DNA of 64,000 nt, taken from positions 68,510,001 to 68,574,000 of the forward strand of contig NC_058376.1 of the NCBI RefSeq assembly GCF_018350175.1. The letters are read 5' to 3'. This document shows positions 51,181 through 61,771 of the stretch, piece after piece. The position numbers were made by a program, and so were the translations under genes. The DNA comes from Felis catus. Lineage: Eukaryota. Each line of letters begins with the position of its first letter. The first letter of the stretch is position 1. The notes under the pieces were generated by a model that was given only the letters and a program-made list of their open reading frames with translations, ran no database searches and was not told the DNA's origin.

Positions 51181-52444
51181 CTGGAAGAAAAAATTTAAAA
51201 GCTTGTTATCTACATTTTCCACTAATGTAAAGGAAGAGAAAAAAAAAAAAAAAACACTCTCTTTTTGCACAAGAAGAGGGCTGTGTGATGGATGGAGGCA
51301 TCCGTCAGTGTGTGAGCCTGCCCCCAGAGTGTCTGTGAGTATCTACGAGTCAGCTTTGTTGTGTATACAGCTAGAAGCTTTGAAAGAGCCCTGCGGTCCC
51401 TGGAGGAGCTCATCACAGTGTTAAAATCTGAGTGTGTCTGCTAGCATCTGTAGGAGCCCCACTTCCTGACATGCTCTCAGCCAAGTTCCAGGCAAGGCAG
51501 GAGGAATGTGGATAGGAAAATCCAGGCTCCCTATAGGGTCCCAGTTACATGGGAGCTTTCCAGATTAATCTGGTCCCCTGGAAAATCCTGGTTCCAGGAT
51601 CCAGGGAAGTCTCCATAGCTGATCTGTAATAAAATCATAGGTATAATTAAAGTTGGTGTAATCCAGAGGAATTGGAAAGCTTGGGGTTGACGGGAGGCTA
51701 ACATTCCCACAGCCAGAAAAGAATGTGCTCGAGGAGTTGACATGCAGCCCCTGTGCCAGGTCATGAAAATCAGCGTAAGTGCACTTACACAGATGATAAA
51801 AACCCAACAAGGAAGTTTGGCAGTAAAACTTAATGGCCTATCAAATCACAATCAGGACACTAAAACTCAGTGGGCTGGAGTCCTGCTTCTGCTCTGTAAC
51901 CTCCTCCTCTGGCTCTCATGCAGCCCCCATGGCCAGGACATCCTGAAGGCCAGGCCCAAAAGGCTGGGGCTGGGGTCAAGGCAGGCACTGCCCAGGACCC
52001 ACAGAGCTCCTGAACAGGTGGGTGCCAACAAGGGAGATGTTTGTCTGGCCAGACCTTTCTCTTCTTTGGGGCCTGGTCATTCTCCTTGTCATAACTCTCT
52101 TTACAGAGGTTTATTGCCTAGCCTTCGTATCTTGTTCAGGAAGCAGAGGGAACTGGTGCTGTAAGCAAGGGGAAGAGTACTCTAGGGTATGAAGGAGAAG
52201 CTGTAGAACAAAATCCATAGATGTTGGAGATTTCCAGAGATGTTTTACAGACCTTGTAAGGAGCAGAAGTGAATAAATGGTGGGCAGGGGGTGGGTATGT
52301 ACCCAGTAACTGGCTTGGCTGCCAGTTATACTAAATAGTCAAACTAGCAACTATTCGGATACAAGCATGACCCTTGCCCCAAAAGAATTTAGTCCAGTTA
52401 AACTTTGTGCGCACAGGTGTAAACCTGAACAGTATAGGCATGAA

Positions 52445-53220
52445 GTTAACTCATCCAAAATGTGTGTTGACTGCCATCCTCAGTACCAGGGATATGGTGG
52501 TGAGCTAGACACACAGCCAAGTCTGTACAGAGCTTGCATTCCAGTTGGAATGGACAGGTTCAAGTAAGAAGATGACTCCAGTTGTTGTTTTTTTTAAAGT
52601 TTATTTATTTATTTTGAGAGAGAGAGCACGAGCTGCGGAGACGCAGAGAGAGGGAGAGAGAGAATCCCAAGCAGGCTTCGCTCTGTCAGCACAAAGCACG
52701 AAGCGGGGCTTGAACTCACAAACTACAAGATCGTGACCCAAGCCGACATCAAGATTCAGATGCTTAACTGGCTGAGCCACCATAGGCACCTCCTGATTAC
52801 TCCAGTTGTTTTGAGTACAGTTAAGAAAATAAATAGGATATTGGAAGAGAACATGATGGTGTGAGGCTCCTCCGGATTAGATGGTCAGGGAATTTCTCTG
52901 TGGAAGTGACATCTGAGCTAACACCTGAATGATGTGAAAGTGGTCAGCCGTGCACAGACATGGGGAAAAGACATGTTCCAGGTGAGAGTACATGAAGACC
53001 CGTGAAGTAGAACAGAAAGAAGACCACAGGTTGCAGAGCAGAGGACAGGAGGGAGGTGACAGGAGCTGAGGTCGGTGGGTGGGAGAGTCAGATGGCGTGC
53101 AGTTTACGGCCATGGTAGAGTTTGGATTTTGATGTACCTGTAATGGACAGCCATTGCAAAGTTATAACCAAGAGAGTTTGATCTGATTTATGTCTTGAAA
53201 AGATGTCCTGGCTGCTCCTA
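52445..53220 (-). mobile_element. L2 fragment interrupted by a SINE
   Basis: gatggtcaggga...ggaagtgacatctgagct...gagtttggatttt...gatctgatttatgtcttgaaaagat. Confidence 0.7.
52587..52793 (-). mobile_element. Can-SINE inside L2
   Basis: TSD actccagttgtt at 52575-52586 and 52799-52810. Confidence 0.93.
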
Positions 53221-56200
53221 AATATCAGAAGACAGCAATATAACAGTCACAAGGCAGTACAAAATTAAATGCCATGGAAATATATGAATAAGTACTTTGT
53301 GAGTAGAAGAGAAATGGTTGGTTTGGTGGGGATGGAATGAACCAAAGACTCAGGGTAGGGGCCAGAGCCTGGCAGGCACTGTGTGGAGATGCCTGGTCCA
53401 TCAGGGCAAGGGCTGTGATGATGAAGAGTGGGTGCTGACGGACAGAAGAATTTTGGGGGAATTTTGTGTCATGTGGACACAGTGATGGGAACTCCAGCCA
53501 GAAGATCCACCTCAATCCCATGTCAGGGCCCATCTCTGGCTCTAATGAGCTTGTCCCGTCTGTCTCATTGGGCTGGCAAAGCCCAGTACAGTGAGCAAGT
53601 ACTTTTATTATCTTAAGGAGAGTCCTGGGAAACCGGGCCAGAAGTCCAGGAGAGAGGCATGAGTGCAAACTAAAGAGGCTGGACATTTCCCGGCATATCT
53701 TCCACTTGTCCCTCCCATGTCTGTGATAGACTCTTCCTCCCAGTGAGCCAATTCTCAGGCTCAGAGTCCATCTCTGGCCCACCACGGATAGAAGCTAGCA
53801 GGTGATATGGAAGTCTATTTGCCAACCCAGCAGGACAGTGGCATCAAAGGGCCAGAACTTGATAAAGGTATGAAGGTGAATTCTCTTATCTTCAGGGGTC
53901 CTGTCACATTGGGACATTTTGGAAAGAAATAGTGGTTTTCTGTCAGTAGCAATGGCTGGCTTTTCTTTGTCTTCCCTCCCCCAGTCCCCAGTCCATCGCA
54001 CTGCCCACCTTGACCATGGGCCCTGCTGGCACTTGGCCTGACGATACCATTCATATCTTGTTTATGGGGGAGGTGGTCAGGGGTGAGTCTCCCTGCCACT
54101 CCTGCCTTTTTTAGAGGCCAGTCGGAGCCTTGAGCCCAGGTCTCCACTGGACTGAGTGGGTGACCCCGGCCACTCACTTCCTCTTCTCCAGGGCAGGCTG
54201 AATTCTTGGGTGACAGATCAGCATTAGGAGTTCCTCTGAGCTTCCTTTTCCTGACTTCTCTTCATGCAAGGTGAGCCTCCACCACCACAGTCAGGAAGGG
54301 CCAGTCTGGGAACGGGAGAATGGGTGATCCCTTGGGGCAGGCTGCCAGGAGCTGTCAGCCTGGAGGCAGGCCGAAGGAGTGGGGGTCCACTTTAAGAATT
54401 CTAGAACCCCTTCATCCTGACCATAAGCTCCAGAGAATGACTTACTCCTTTGCTCTTAGTGAGAACCAGGAAAAAAAAGTTCATTTTAGTATATTCCACG
54501 TCAAGTCAGTAGACTCTTCTGCAAAATATTCCATTACTCCTGACACATGGATTGGTGTGAATGGACACTTGAGCCTGGACACCTGTAGGGACAGCTCTGT
54601 GCTCTTCTGCCCCACCTCCCATGGGAAAGAATGCCTTGGAGTTGGGCCTTGTGTGCCTTGGCTTTTAACTGGGAACTGTGAGCCAGATAGGGGATCGGAT
54701 CCCTATGAAGTTATACGTAAATTTGGACTTTATACGCATCAGTCTGGGAGAAGGGAAGGAGAAGCTTTTATTAAATTCTTAAGAGTGTCAGTGACCCAAG
54801 AAGGCCCAGAGTCCCACCCTGAGCTGAGGAAGATGCTCTCTCTTGCTGTTGTGGGTAGCTGCTCGCCGCAGGCAGAGGCCTGTGTGGTGTCCGGAGCTGG
54901 ATCGTGTGTTTTCCATCTGGGGGACAGTTCAGTGAAGTAGAAATAGCACTGCACGCTCTATATGCTTCAGGCACATTCTGTTAAATGGGTTTTTATAGTC
55001 TTTCCTGAGAACCTGCCTATAATCTGTGTATGAAATTGTTTCTTTGGGGAAAACGTGTTTTCAGTTCTAGATAAACTTAACCGAAACAAAACAAAACAAT
55101 CCTTTGTAACCTAATTGCTTAGAAAGTGACTAATGGCTTGTGATAGCACTAAATGTTCATTTCTGGCAAATGATGTTCTTATGTTTCAATGTCATGGTGA
55201 TCTGTGGTTCATGGCATCCTGAGTGGGCTGTAGTCAGACCATGAACCCACAGGTTTCCCTTATCCTTGGGCCCATTTGAGAAAGACCAAAATGCTGGTGC
55301 CACTGAGAATTGTAGCTGCTCCCTGGGCTGAATTCCATCAGGGACAGTTCTATCCACTGAGTCATCTCATGGCTCCCCAGAGTGCTCTGTCCAAAGAGGG
55401 GCTTGATGGCTCTGGCCTGGATGCTGCATGATCACTTAAAGTTTCTACTGTCAGTGTGTGGGTGGGGGAGGGGGGATGCAGCATAGCCCCTTGTGGGAAC
55501 CCCTTGTCCCTAGGAGGAACGGGTAAGCGTGGACTGAGGAAGCTGAGAACAGACAGGGGTGGAGGGGACATGTTTGTGTTCTGGTACCCCCTGGGGCTGA
55601 GCTCTGCAGGAGTGACCTTGGAGAAGACAGGAACTTTTGCCCCACCCAAGTGCTCAGATGGAAGCAGGAAAGCCCTTCCCATGGCTTGGTGGCTTCTGGA
55701 GGCTGTGGGAGGTCTCCTCTGCTAATACTGGTATGTCTGTCTGCCTCCCTTTCTCCCAAGTTAGCTACAGAATTGCAGTGCTGTTGGCTTCCACACAGCC
55801 GTACCCCCACGAGAAGGCCGAGCTCTGTCCCTGCCTTCTGCTTAGCCTGCTTCAAGCATGGCCCCCACGCAGCCAGGTTCACCTTTCAGCTGTCCCGAGC
55901 CTGAGCCAGTCTGGACCTCCTTGCTTCACAGCCCCTGCAGTGTTAGAAGCCAGAAAATACTCTCTACTAAAATGAAAGCCATGTACAAATGTCCTGACAT
56001 CACCTATCAAAGTGTTTGTTTACTTTTTAATGTATCAAATTTTATTATTCATGATGTTACTGCATGTGTGTGGTTGGAGGAGAGAGCAGAGCAATCTTTA
56101 TATGAAGAAATAGGCATTTGGAAATGACAGGCCTGATCCCTGTGCCTGTCATACATCCTCTCCTGTGGGGACAATTGGAATGTATTTTTGCTTCTGTGAA

Positions 56201-56314
56201 TGCTTATTCCTGGTTCAAGCCTCGGGCTCCCTTTGCCCCTGGGGAAGGGGATGGCAGTGGTAGTGGTGCTGGGAAGCACACACTGCCTGTGACTGTGGCC
56301 TCCGGCCACACTGC

Positions 56315-56482
56315 TTGGGTTCGCACCCTGGCTCTGTGACCTGTGGCAGTGTAAGTAGCCTTGGCCAGTCCCCTACCTTCTTCGTGCCTTAGTTTTCTCA
56401 TCTGTAAAATGGAGATAATCAGGTTATACCTTGCAGGGCTGTTGTGAGGATATAAAGCTCTTATAGCAGTGCCTGGCACACA
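56315..56482 (+). mobile_element. MIR
   Basis: ccttagttttctcatctgtaaaatggagataat...gggctgttgtgaggat...cagtgcctggcaca. Confidence 0.8.
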
Positions 56483-56752
56483 GGACCTATATATGCATAT
56501 ATCCAGTATAGGACCTATAGATACATATAGCCAGTCTTTTTCATGTAGTGACTTCATTTTTTGCCTCTTGCACACCTTCCCCTCTCTACCAAGCGGATTA
56601 GGGAAAAGATTTCTTGCCTCTGAGCTGGTGCTGCTTCTTTTCTCTCAGGTCCCCCTGGTGTCTGTGAATAGGGCCCATCTGTTGCACAGAGGCAGGGGCA
56701 TCACTGGAGCCTCCATGCCAAGGGGATGTTTTCTCTTGATTTCTTCCCACAG

Positions 56753-56823
56753 GGTGTGGTCACTGTAAGAAAATGAAGCCAGAGTTTGAGAATGCAGCAG
56801 AAGTCCTCCATGGAGAAGCAGAC
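56753..56823 (+). CDS. PDIA5: PDIA5 exon 12 (71 nt): WCGHCKKMKPEFENAAEVLHGEAD, second CXXC site
   Basis: cccacag| acceptor and GAC|gtaagc donor; canonical PDI WCGHC. Confidence 0.96.
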
Positions 56824-57370
56824 GTAAGCTTCCTTTTCTTAACCTCCCCACCACCATTTTCTTCTGAAGAATCAGTGACCTGAATCATCACAGTGACTTT
56901 CCCGCGCAGGCTCCGCAGCCACTTCCCTGATCCCTGAGGTCTGCAGGACGTCACTGTCCCTGAGTACACATGTTGTAGACAGTGGGGCCCGTAGCAGGGA
57001 TGGAGCGGTGCAGAGAGACGATGGGGTCGTGTTCCCACGCTGTCCATGTGGCCTCCGCCAGGTCATGGCTCTGGGGTGAAGCCTCAAAGTTCTCTCTCTT
57101 TGCTCTGGGACCCTGGCTATTGGGAACGGCCACAGTCTACACAGCCTAATTGGCAGGGCAGATTTAAAAGTCTCATTTCAGCCCACAAATGAGAAATAAT
57201 GCACTTTCTAGAGTGCAGTCATTCCCTGGAATATATGAGCCCAGGGAGACAGCCACTCCCAGTGAAACACTGGCAGGTCCTGGGCGGGTTGGGGGCTGGC
57301 ATCTGGGCTCCTCTTCTGCCAGCACGGTGTCTGAGGCTGTCATGCATGGTTGGCCTCTCCCCCATCCCAG

Positions 57371-57531
57371 AGCTCTGGTGTCCTTGCAGCTGTCGATGCC
57401 ACTGTCAACAAGGCCCTGGCAGAAAGATTCCACATCTCCGAGTTTCCTACATTGAAGTATTTTAAGAACGGAGAGAAATATGCAGTGCCTGCGCTCAGAA
57501 CAAAGAAGAACTTTATTGAGTGGATGCGAAA
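57371..57531 (+). CDS. PDIA5: PDIA5 exon 13 (161 nt): SSGVLAAVDATVNKALAERFHISEFPTLKYFKNGEKYAVPALRTKKNFIEWMRN
   Basis: atcccag| acceptor and AA|gtaagt donor; in frame with exon 12. Confidence 0.96.
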
Positions 57532-58010
57532 GTAAGTGTGGTGGTCTCAGTAGCACATCCTGACTCCTGGCTGGCGGCCACTGGAACAGGCCTGGAGGAG
57601 ACAGAGTAAACCTTAGAGGCTGCTAACCCTGGCTGAGGGCCACAAGAGCCAAGGCGGACTGGATTTCTCCAATTCTAAAGCCACCTCTGGGGTGCTGGCC
57701 ACATGTTCTCACGCAGCACGTCACTGGTAGCCTTCCCGGATGCAGTTTCACCAGCACCAGTGCAGCAGGTGGCATGTCTGTCTTCTTAGACCACCCCCTC
57801 TCCCCGTGACCTAGCCCCAGGCTTCCTCATGGCGTTTTATTCCATCTGCTTTGATGGCTGGAGGACACACATAGCTCTTCACGCTCAGAGCTGAACTCAT
57901 TCAGGACCAGGTCTGCTGGTGGTTGACCAGGCCTCCGGTAACGTGTCCACGAGGCAGCCTGTGGTGGTCTGGGGCTGACAATACAGATTGTGAAGAGCTC
58001 CCTCAGTGTA

Positions 58011-58399
58011 TGTATTAGTTTGCTGATTTATCACAACAGGTAACACAGACTTGGGAGCTTAACAGCAGAAGTTTATTTTCTCGCAGTTCCACAGACCAGA
58101 AGTCCAAGATGAGACGTCAGCAGAGCTGGTTTCTTCTGAGGCCTCTCTCCTTGACTGTCTTCTTCCTCTCCACGTCTTCACACAGTCTTCCCTCTGTGTC
58201 TGTGTCCTAATCTCCTCTTCTTGGAAGGGCACCAGTTAGATTAGGGTAGGGCTCATCTCAGTGAATTCATTTTAACTTAATTGTCTCTCTAAAGACCCTG
58301 TCTCCAAGTACAGTCACATTCTGAGGTACTTGGAGGCTGGGACTTCAACATGTAAATGGGGGCTGGGGGGTGGGTACGGTCACAACTCAGCCCATAACA
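58011..58399 (-). mobile_element. MLT1-family (MaLR) solo LTR
   Basis: tgtattagtttgct...gtttattttctcgcagttc...agaagtccaagat...tgaggcctctctccttg...cagtcacattctgaggtact...cagcccataaca; TG...CA ends. Confidence 0.88.
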
Positions 58400-59444
58400 G
58401 CCTGCAAGTCCAGAGAACCTGAGTAGCCTCATAATTACTAGCCCAAGGACCTCCTCCTCACCCAAGGTCTTTGGAACCTGCAGTTCTTAGCATTTCCCTG
58501 TCCTATGAGGAAGAAGAACCATTACACAGGTACCCTGGGAAATGGAGGAAGTCCCAGGCCTTGCTTGAGAGGCAGAAATTGTTAGGACGTAGTTAAGGAG
58601 ACTTTCTCCTATCTACACCCTTCCCCCAAGATGCGCGTGCATACACACACACACACACACCCTTGAATATTTGGGAATATTTCCTCATTTCAGCACTGGG
58701 TAGGCAGGGGAGATAAAGTAAAAGAAGACATATTCCAGCCTTTGCTGAGGTCCCTGGTACAAAGCATAGTATATTCCCATATGAAAACCAAGACTTTAGG
58801 GTCAAATGTGACATGAGAACCAAGCAAAATAGCAGCATCTAGATTGAGTTACTTTGTTAGGACATTTGTGCTCAAACTTAGGAGTATATACGTGTCACAT
58901 TGTACTGAGGTGCTTGTTTAAAGTGCAGATCCTGGGGCTGCTGTCCCTGAAGCTTTGATTCAGGAAGTGGGAATGGAACCCACAGCCATAGTGTTTTGAG
59001 AAATACCCACTTATAGAATGGGAACGAAGGTTCCACTAGGTTCAGGAGAGACCCCTGGGAAGAGGTGGGTGCACTAGCGAGGTCCTAGTCTCAGCTTCTC
59101 CCACTTTGTCCTGCTCATCACTGGGGGCAGGTTCTCAGAATAGCCTGGCCTCCCTCTTAGGGATCAGAGGCGAGTGGTGGCTCACTTCCAGAAGGGACAA
59201 GGTACTCCCTCTTCTGGGTTTTCTGGCGTCAGAAGCAGGTTGCCATTCACACCTGCCTCTCCAGCCTCCCTCCGGTGCCAGAGCTGGTACCCTGGGAGGA
59301 TTGAACAGGGTGGGGTTCAGGCAGTTTCTTGGTGCTTGCACTTGTGGTGGGAGAGCTGAGGGAATCAGGAGAGGCCTGGCTGCAGGTAGTGAGCACAGAG
59401 GAGCTGTGTCTGTTCTTTGCAGAGTCTCTCTGCTGCTGAGCACC

Positions 59445-59865
59445 TGAAAAGCACTGAGGGTAAAACATGGACTTTGGAGTCTAAGAGACCTGTGCTTAGA
59501 TTGTGACCCTGGGCCATTTTCTTGACCTCACTAAGCCTGTTCCCATCTGTAGAACGGAGACAACACTTTCCCAAAGACTCATCTAGAGAATTAAATTAGA
59601 CTATTGTGCTTAGCACGGTGTGTGGTGTGGCAATACTCAGAGAAAGGAAGCTGTTTTTATTATTGATGCCAGCTGTTATTTGGATCTATAACTGACAGTA
59701 TTGCCACATAAGTGGCAATACCTTCCCAGGCTTTGCCAATTGCTTTTGTATCTGTTGCCCGTTTCATCCTCAGATCCTATGAGGTCAAGAGTTTTTATTC
59801 CTATTTCTTTGATGAAGGAACTTAGGTTCAGAGAGGTTGGCGGCCTTGCCCAGAGACAAATAGTA
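59445..59865. mobile_element. Two MIR fragments in opposite orientation
   Basis: tgtgaccctggg...cccatctgtagaa...gcttagcacgg (+) and gatgaaggaacttaggttcagagaggtt...cttgccca (-). Confidence 0.6.
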
Positions 59866-60740
59866 GTTCTTTTGGGAGCTCGGAAAGAATTCTCAGGCAG
59901 AGCATGAACAGCAGATAGCTCTGAGATGGAGGACCGAGGCCTGTCACGCAGGAGCAGGGTGAGGAATTTGGGTGAGGCCGATGGTGTTTCCAGGCTTGTA
60001 CACAAGTGTGCTGTGAGTGACTGAGACAGGCCCACCAGTAGGCCAGCCCGGGGAGGCAGGATTCAGGGATAAGGTAGAGCAGGGAGGTCAGGTGTCGTCC
60101 ACGAGCCAGGGTTAGGGCAGGGGACCTAGAGGAAGAAAAGGGAGGAAGACAGGGTGGCTGGGAGGGGCCGGTCTTGGTCACAGGAACAGCAGTGCCATTG
60201 ACCAAAATGGAGAGGTAGCTGAGGAAAGCTGGTTTGGGAGGTGTGGAGGAGGGGGAAGAGTGATCTGTTCTGTTTTGTTAGGATTGGGGTGACCTCCAAG
60301 TGGGGCCTTCCAGCAGAAGTATCTGAAAAACACCTGGAATTAGGGAGCCTTGTTGAGAGGTCTGGGCTCAGATCCTCCTCAGGCACAGGAATTATGGAAG
60401 CCATGTGGATGAATGGGATCTTTTGAGAATTGCAGGGGCTCAGATAGAACCTGAAGAGGAGGGAGACCCTGTGAACCCCTCGATAGAGGGGACTTTTGAA
60501 AGAGGAATGGTTCTGGGCTGGCTCAGGGCTGCACTCAGCTGGGTTCGGGGCTGGGGCCAGGGCTGAGGCCAGGGGTGGAAACCAGTGATGCATTGGTGAA
60601 GGAGAGAGTGCAGGGGATGATGTGGCAGCACTGGGTGCAGACCACTCCCCAGAGACCCTTCTCAGAGAAGTAGCAGAGCAGTGTGGTTGTAGAGAGGGGG
60701 ACAAGGCAACAAAGGCTTTTAAAAGACCCTGAGATCTGTC

Positions 60741-60874
60741 TTTTTTGTTTCTGGGTGTTTTTTTTTTTCAAGTTTTTATTTAAATTCTAGTTGGTTAACA
60801 TACAGTATAATATTGGCTTTAGGAGTAGAACTTAGTGATTCATCACTTATATATAACACCCAGTGCTCATCACG
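60741..60874 (-). mobile_element. Carnivore L1 extreme 3' end plus degenerate poly(A), 3' part of the U6/L1 chimera
   Basis: T-rich tail followed by ttaacatacagtataatatt...ggagtagaa...agtgattcatcacttatatataacacccagtgctcatcac; TSD ctgagatctgtc at 60729-60740 and 60929-60940. Confidence 0.85.
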
Positions 60875-60930
60875 AAAAAATACGGAACGTTTCATGAATT
60901 TGTGTGTCATCCTTGCACAGGGGCCATGCT
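60875..60930 (-). pseudogene. U6 snRNA retro-fragment (about nt 53 to the 3' U-tail), 5' part of a U6/L1 chimera
   Basis: Minus strand reads AGCATGGCCCCTGTGCAAGGATGACACACAAATTCATGAAACGTTCCGTATTTTTT, matching the 3' half of vertebrate U6 with 5 substitutions (3 are CpG decay). Confidence 0.93.
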
Positions 60931-61009
60931 GAGATCTGTCCTTTTGTGAGGCACAATGGAGGGAACTAGTGGACAGAAAAAGACTGAAAAATTAGAAACA
61001 CACAATGAA

Positions 61010-61250
61010 TGCCTAGTATTTCTTAGAGCACATGGGCTCTTAGCAACTGTTAGTTGCTGGCCTGACTAGGTGCCCTAGGTACACTGTCTCTGCTCTTCAT
61101 AGGGATCCCAGGAAATAGGTATCATTGTACTCACTTAACAGAAAAGAAAATGAAGCTCAGAGGGGTTTGGTAATTTACCTAAGTTCACACAGGTGATAAG
61201 CAATCTGGATCCAGACCCATCTCACTCCTTGGTCCATGCTCTCTCCACCA
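61010..61250 (-). mobile_element. MIR
   Basis: aaaatgaagctcagagggg...taatttacctaagttcacacagg. Confidence 0.6.
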
Positions 61251-61640
61251 GCGCAAAGCATAATGGAGGGTCCTTCAGGATCCCAGAAGAGGCAGTAGGA
61301 AGAGGGAGGGAGAGAGAGGGAGGGGAACCCAGGCGAAGGAGTTTCTGTACCCGTGGCAAGATGATGGCTGACACCTGGAGAGCCTGCTCTGCCCTAAAAG
61401 GAGCTCAGGTCTTCCACACCATCACAAAATGGCTTTTTAATAAGCTCCTCAGAGGAAATCAGAATATCTTTGTTGATGGTACAGATTTATTCACGTTGGA
61501 ACACAGGTTTTAAATTAAATTTTAGAAAGGATGCAAAGTGATTTCTTCTTGGGTGCTCCCCTGAGCAGGTGGGGGTGGAAGTGTATGCCCTTGCACAGGC
61601 CTCCCTTTATGACCGTCTCCCCTCCCTGCCATTCCTGCAG

Positions 61641-61771
61641 CCCTGAGGCCCCTCCACCCCCAGAGCCCACGTGGGAAGAGCAGCAGACCAGCGTGTTGCA
61701 CCTGGTAGGGGACAACTTCCGGGAGACCCTGAAGAAGAAGAAGCACACCCTGGTCATGTTCTATGCCCCTT
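61641..61771 (+). CDS. PDIA5: PDIA5 exon 14 (131 nt): PEAPPPPEPTWEEQQTSVLHLVGDNFRETLKKKKHTLVMFYAP(W)
   Basis: cctgcag| acceptor and T|gtaagt donor; start of third catalytic domain. Confidence 0.96.

Noticed and set aside
674-52793. tRNA-like A/B-box heads
   Set aside because: They are Can-SINE heads followed by CT tracts and A tails, not tRNA genes.
60875-60930. Functional U6 snRNA gene
   Set aside because: The 5' half is missing, it carries substitutions, it is fused to L1, and no upstream PSE/TATA is evident.
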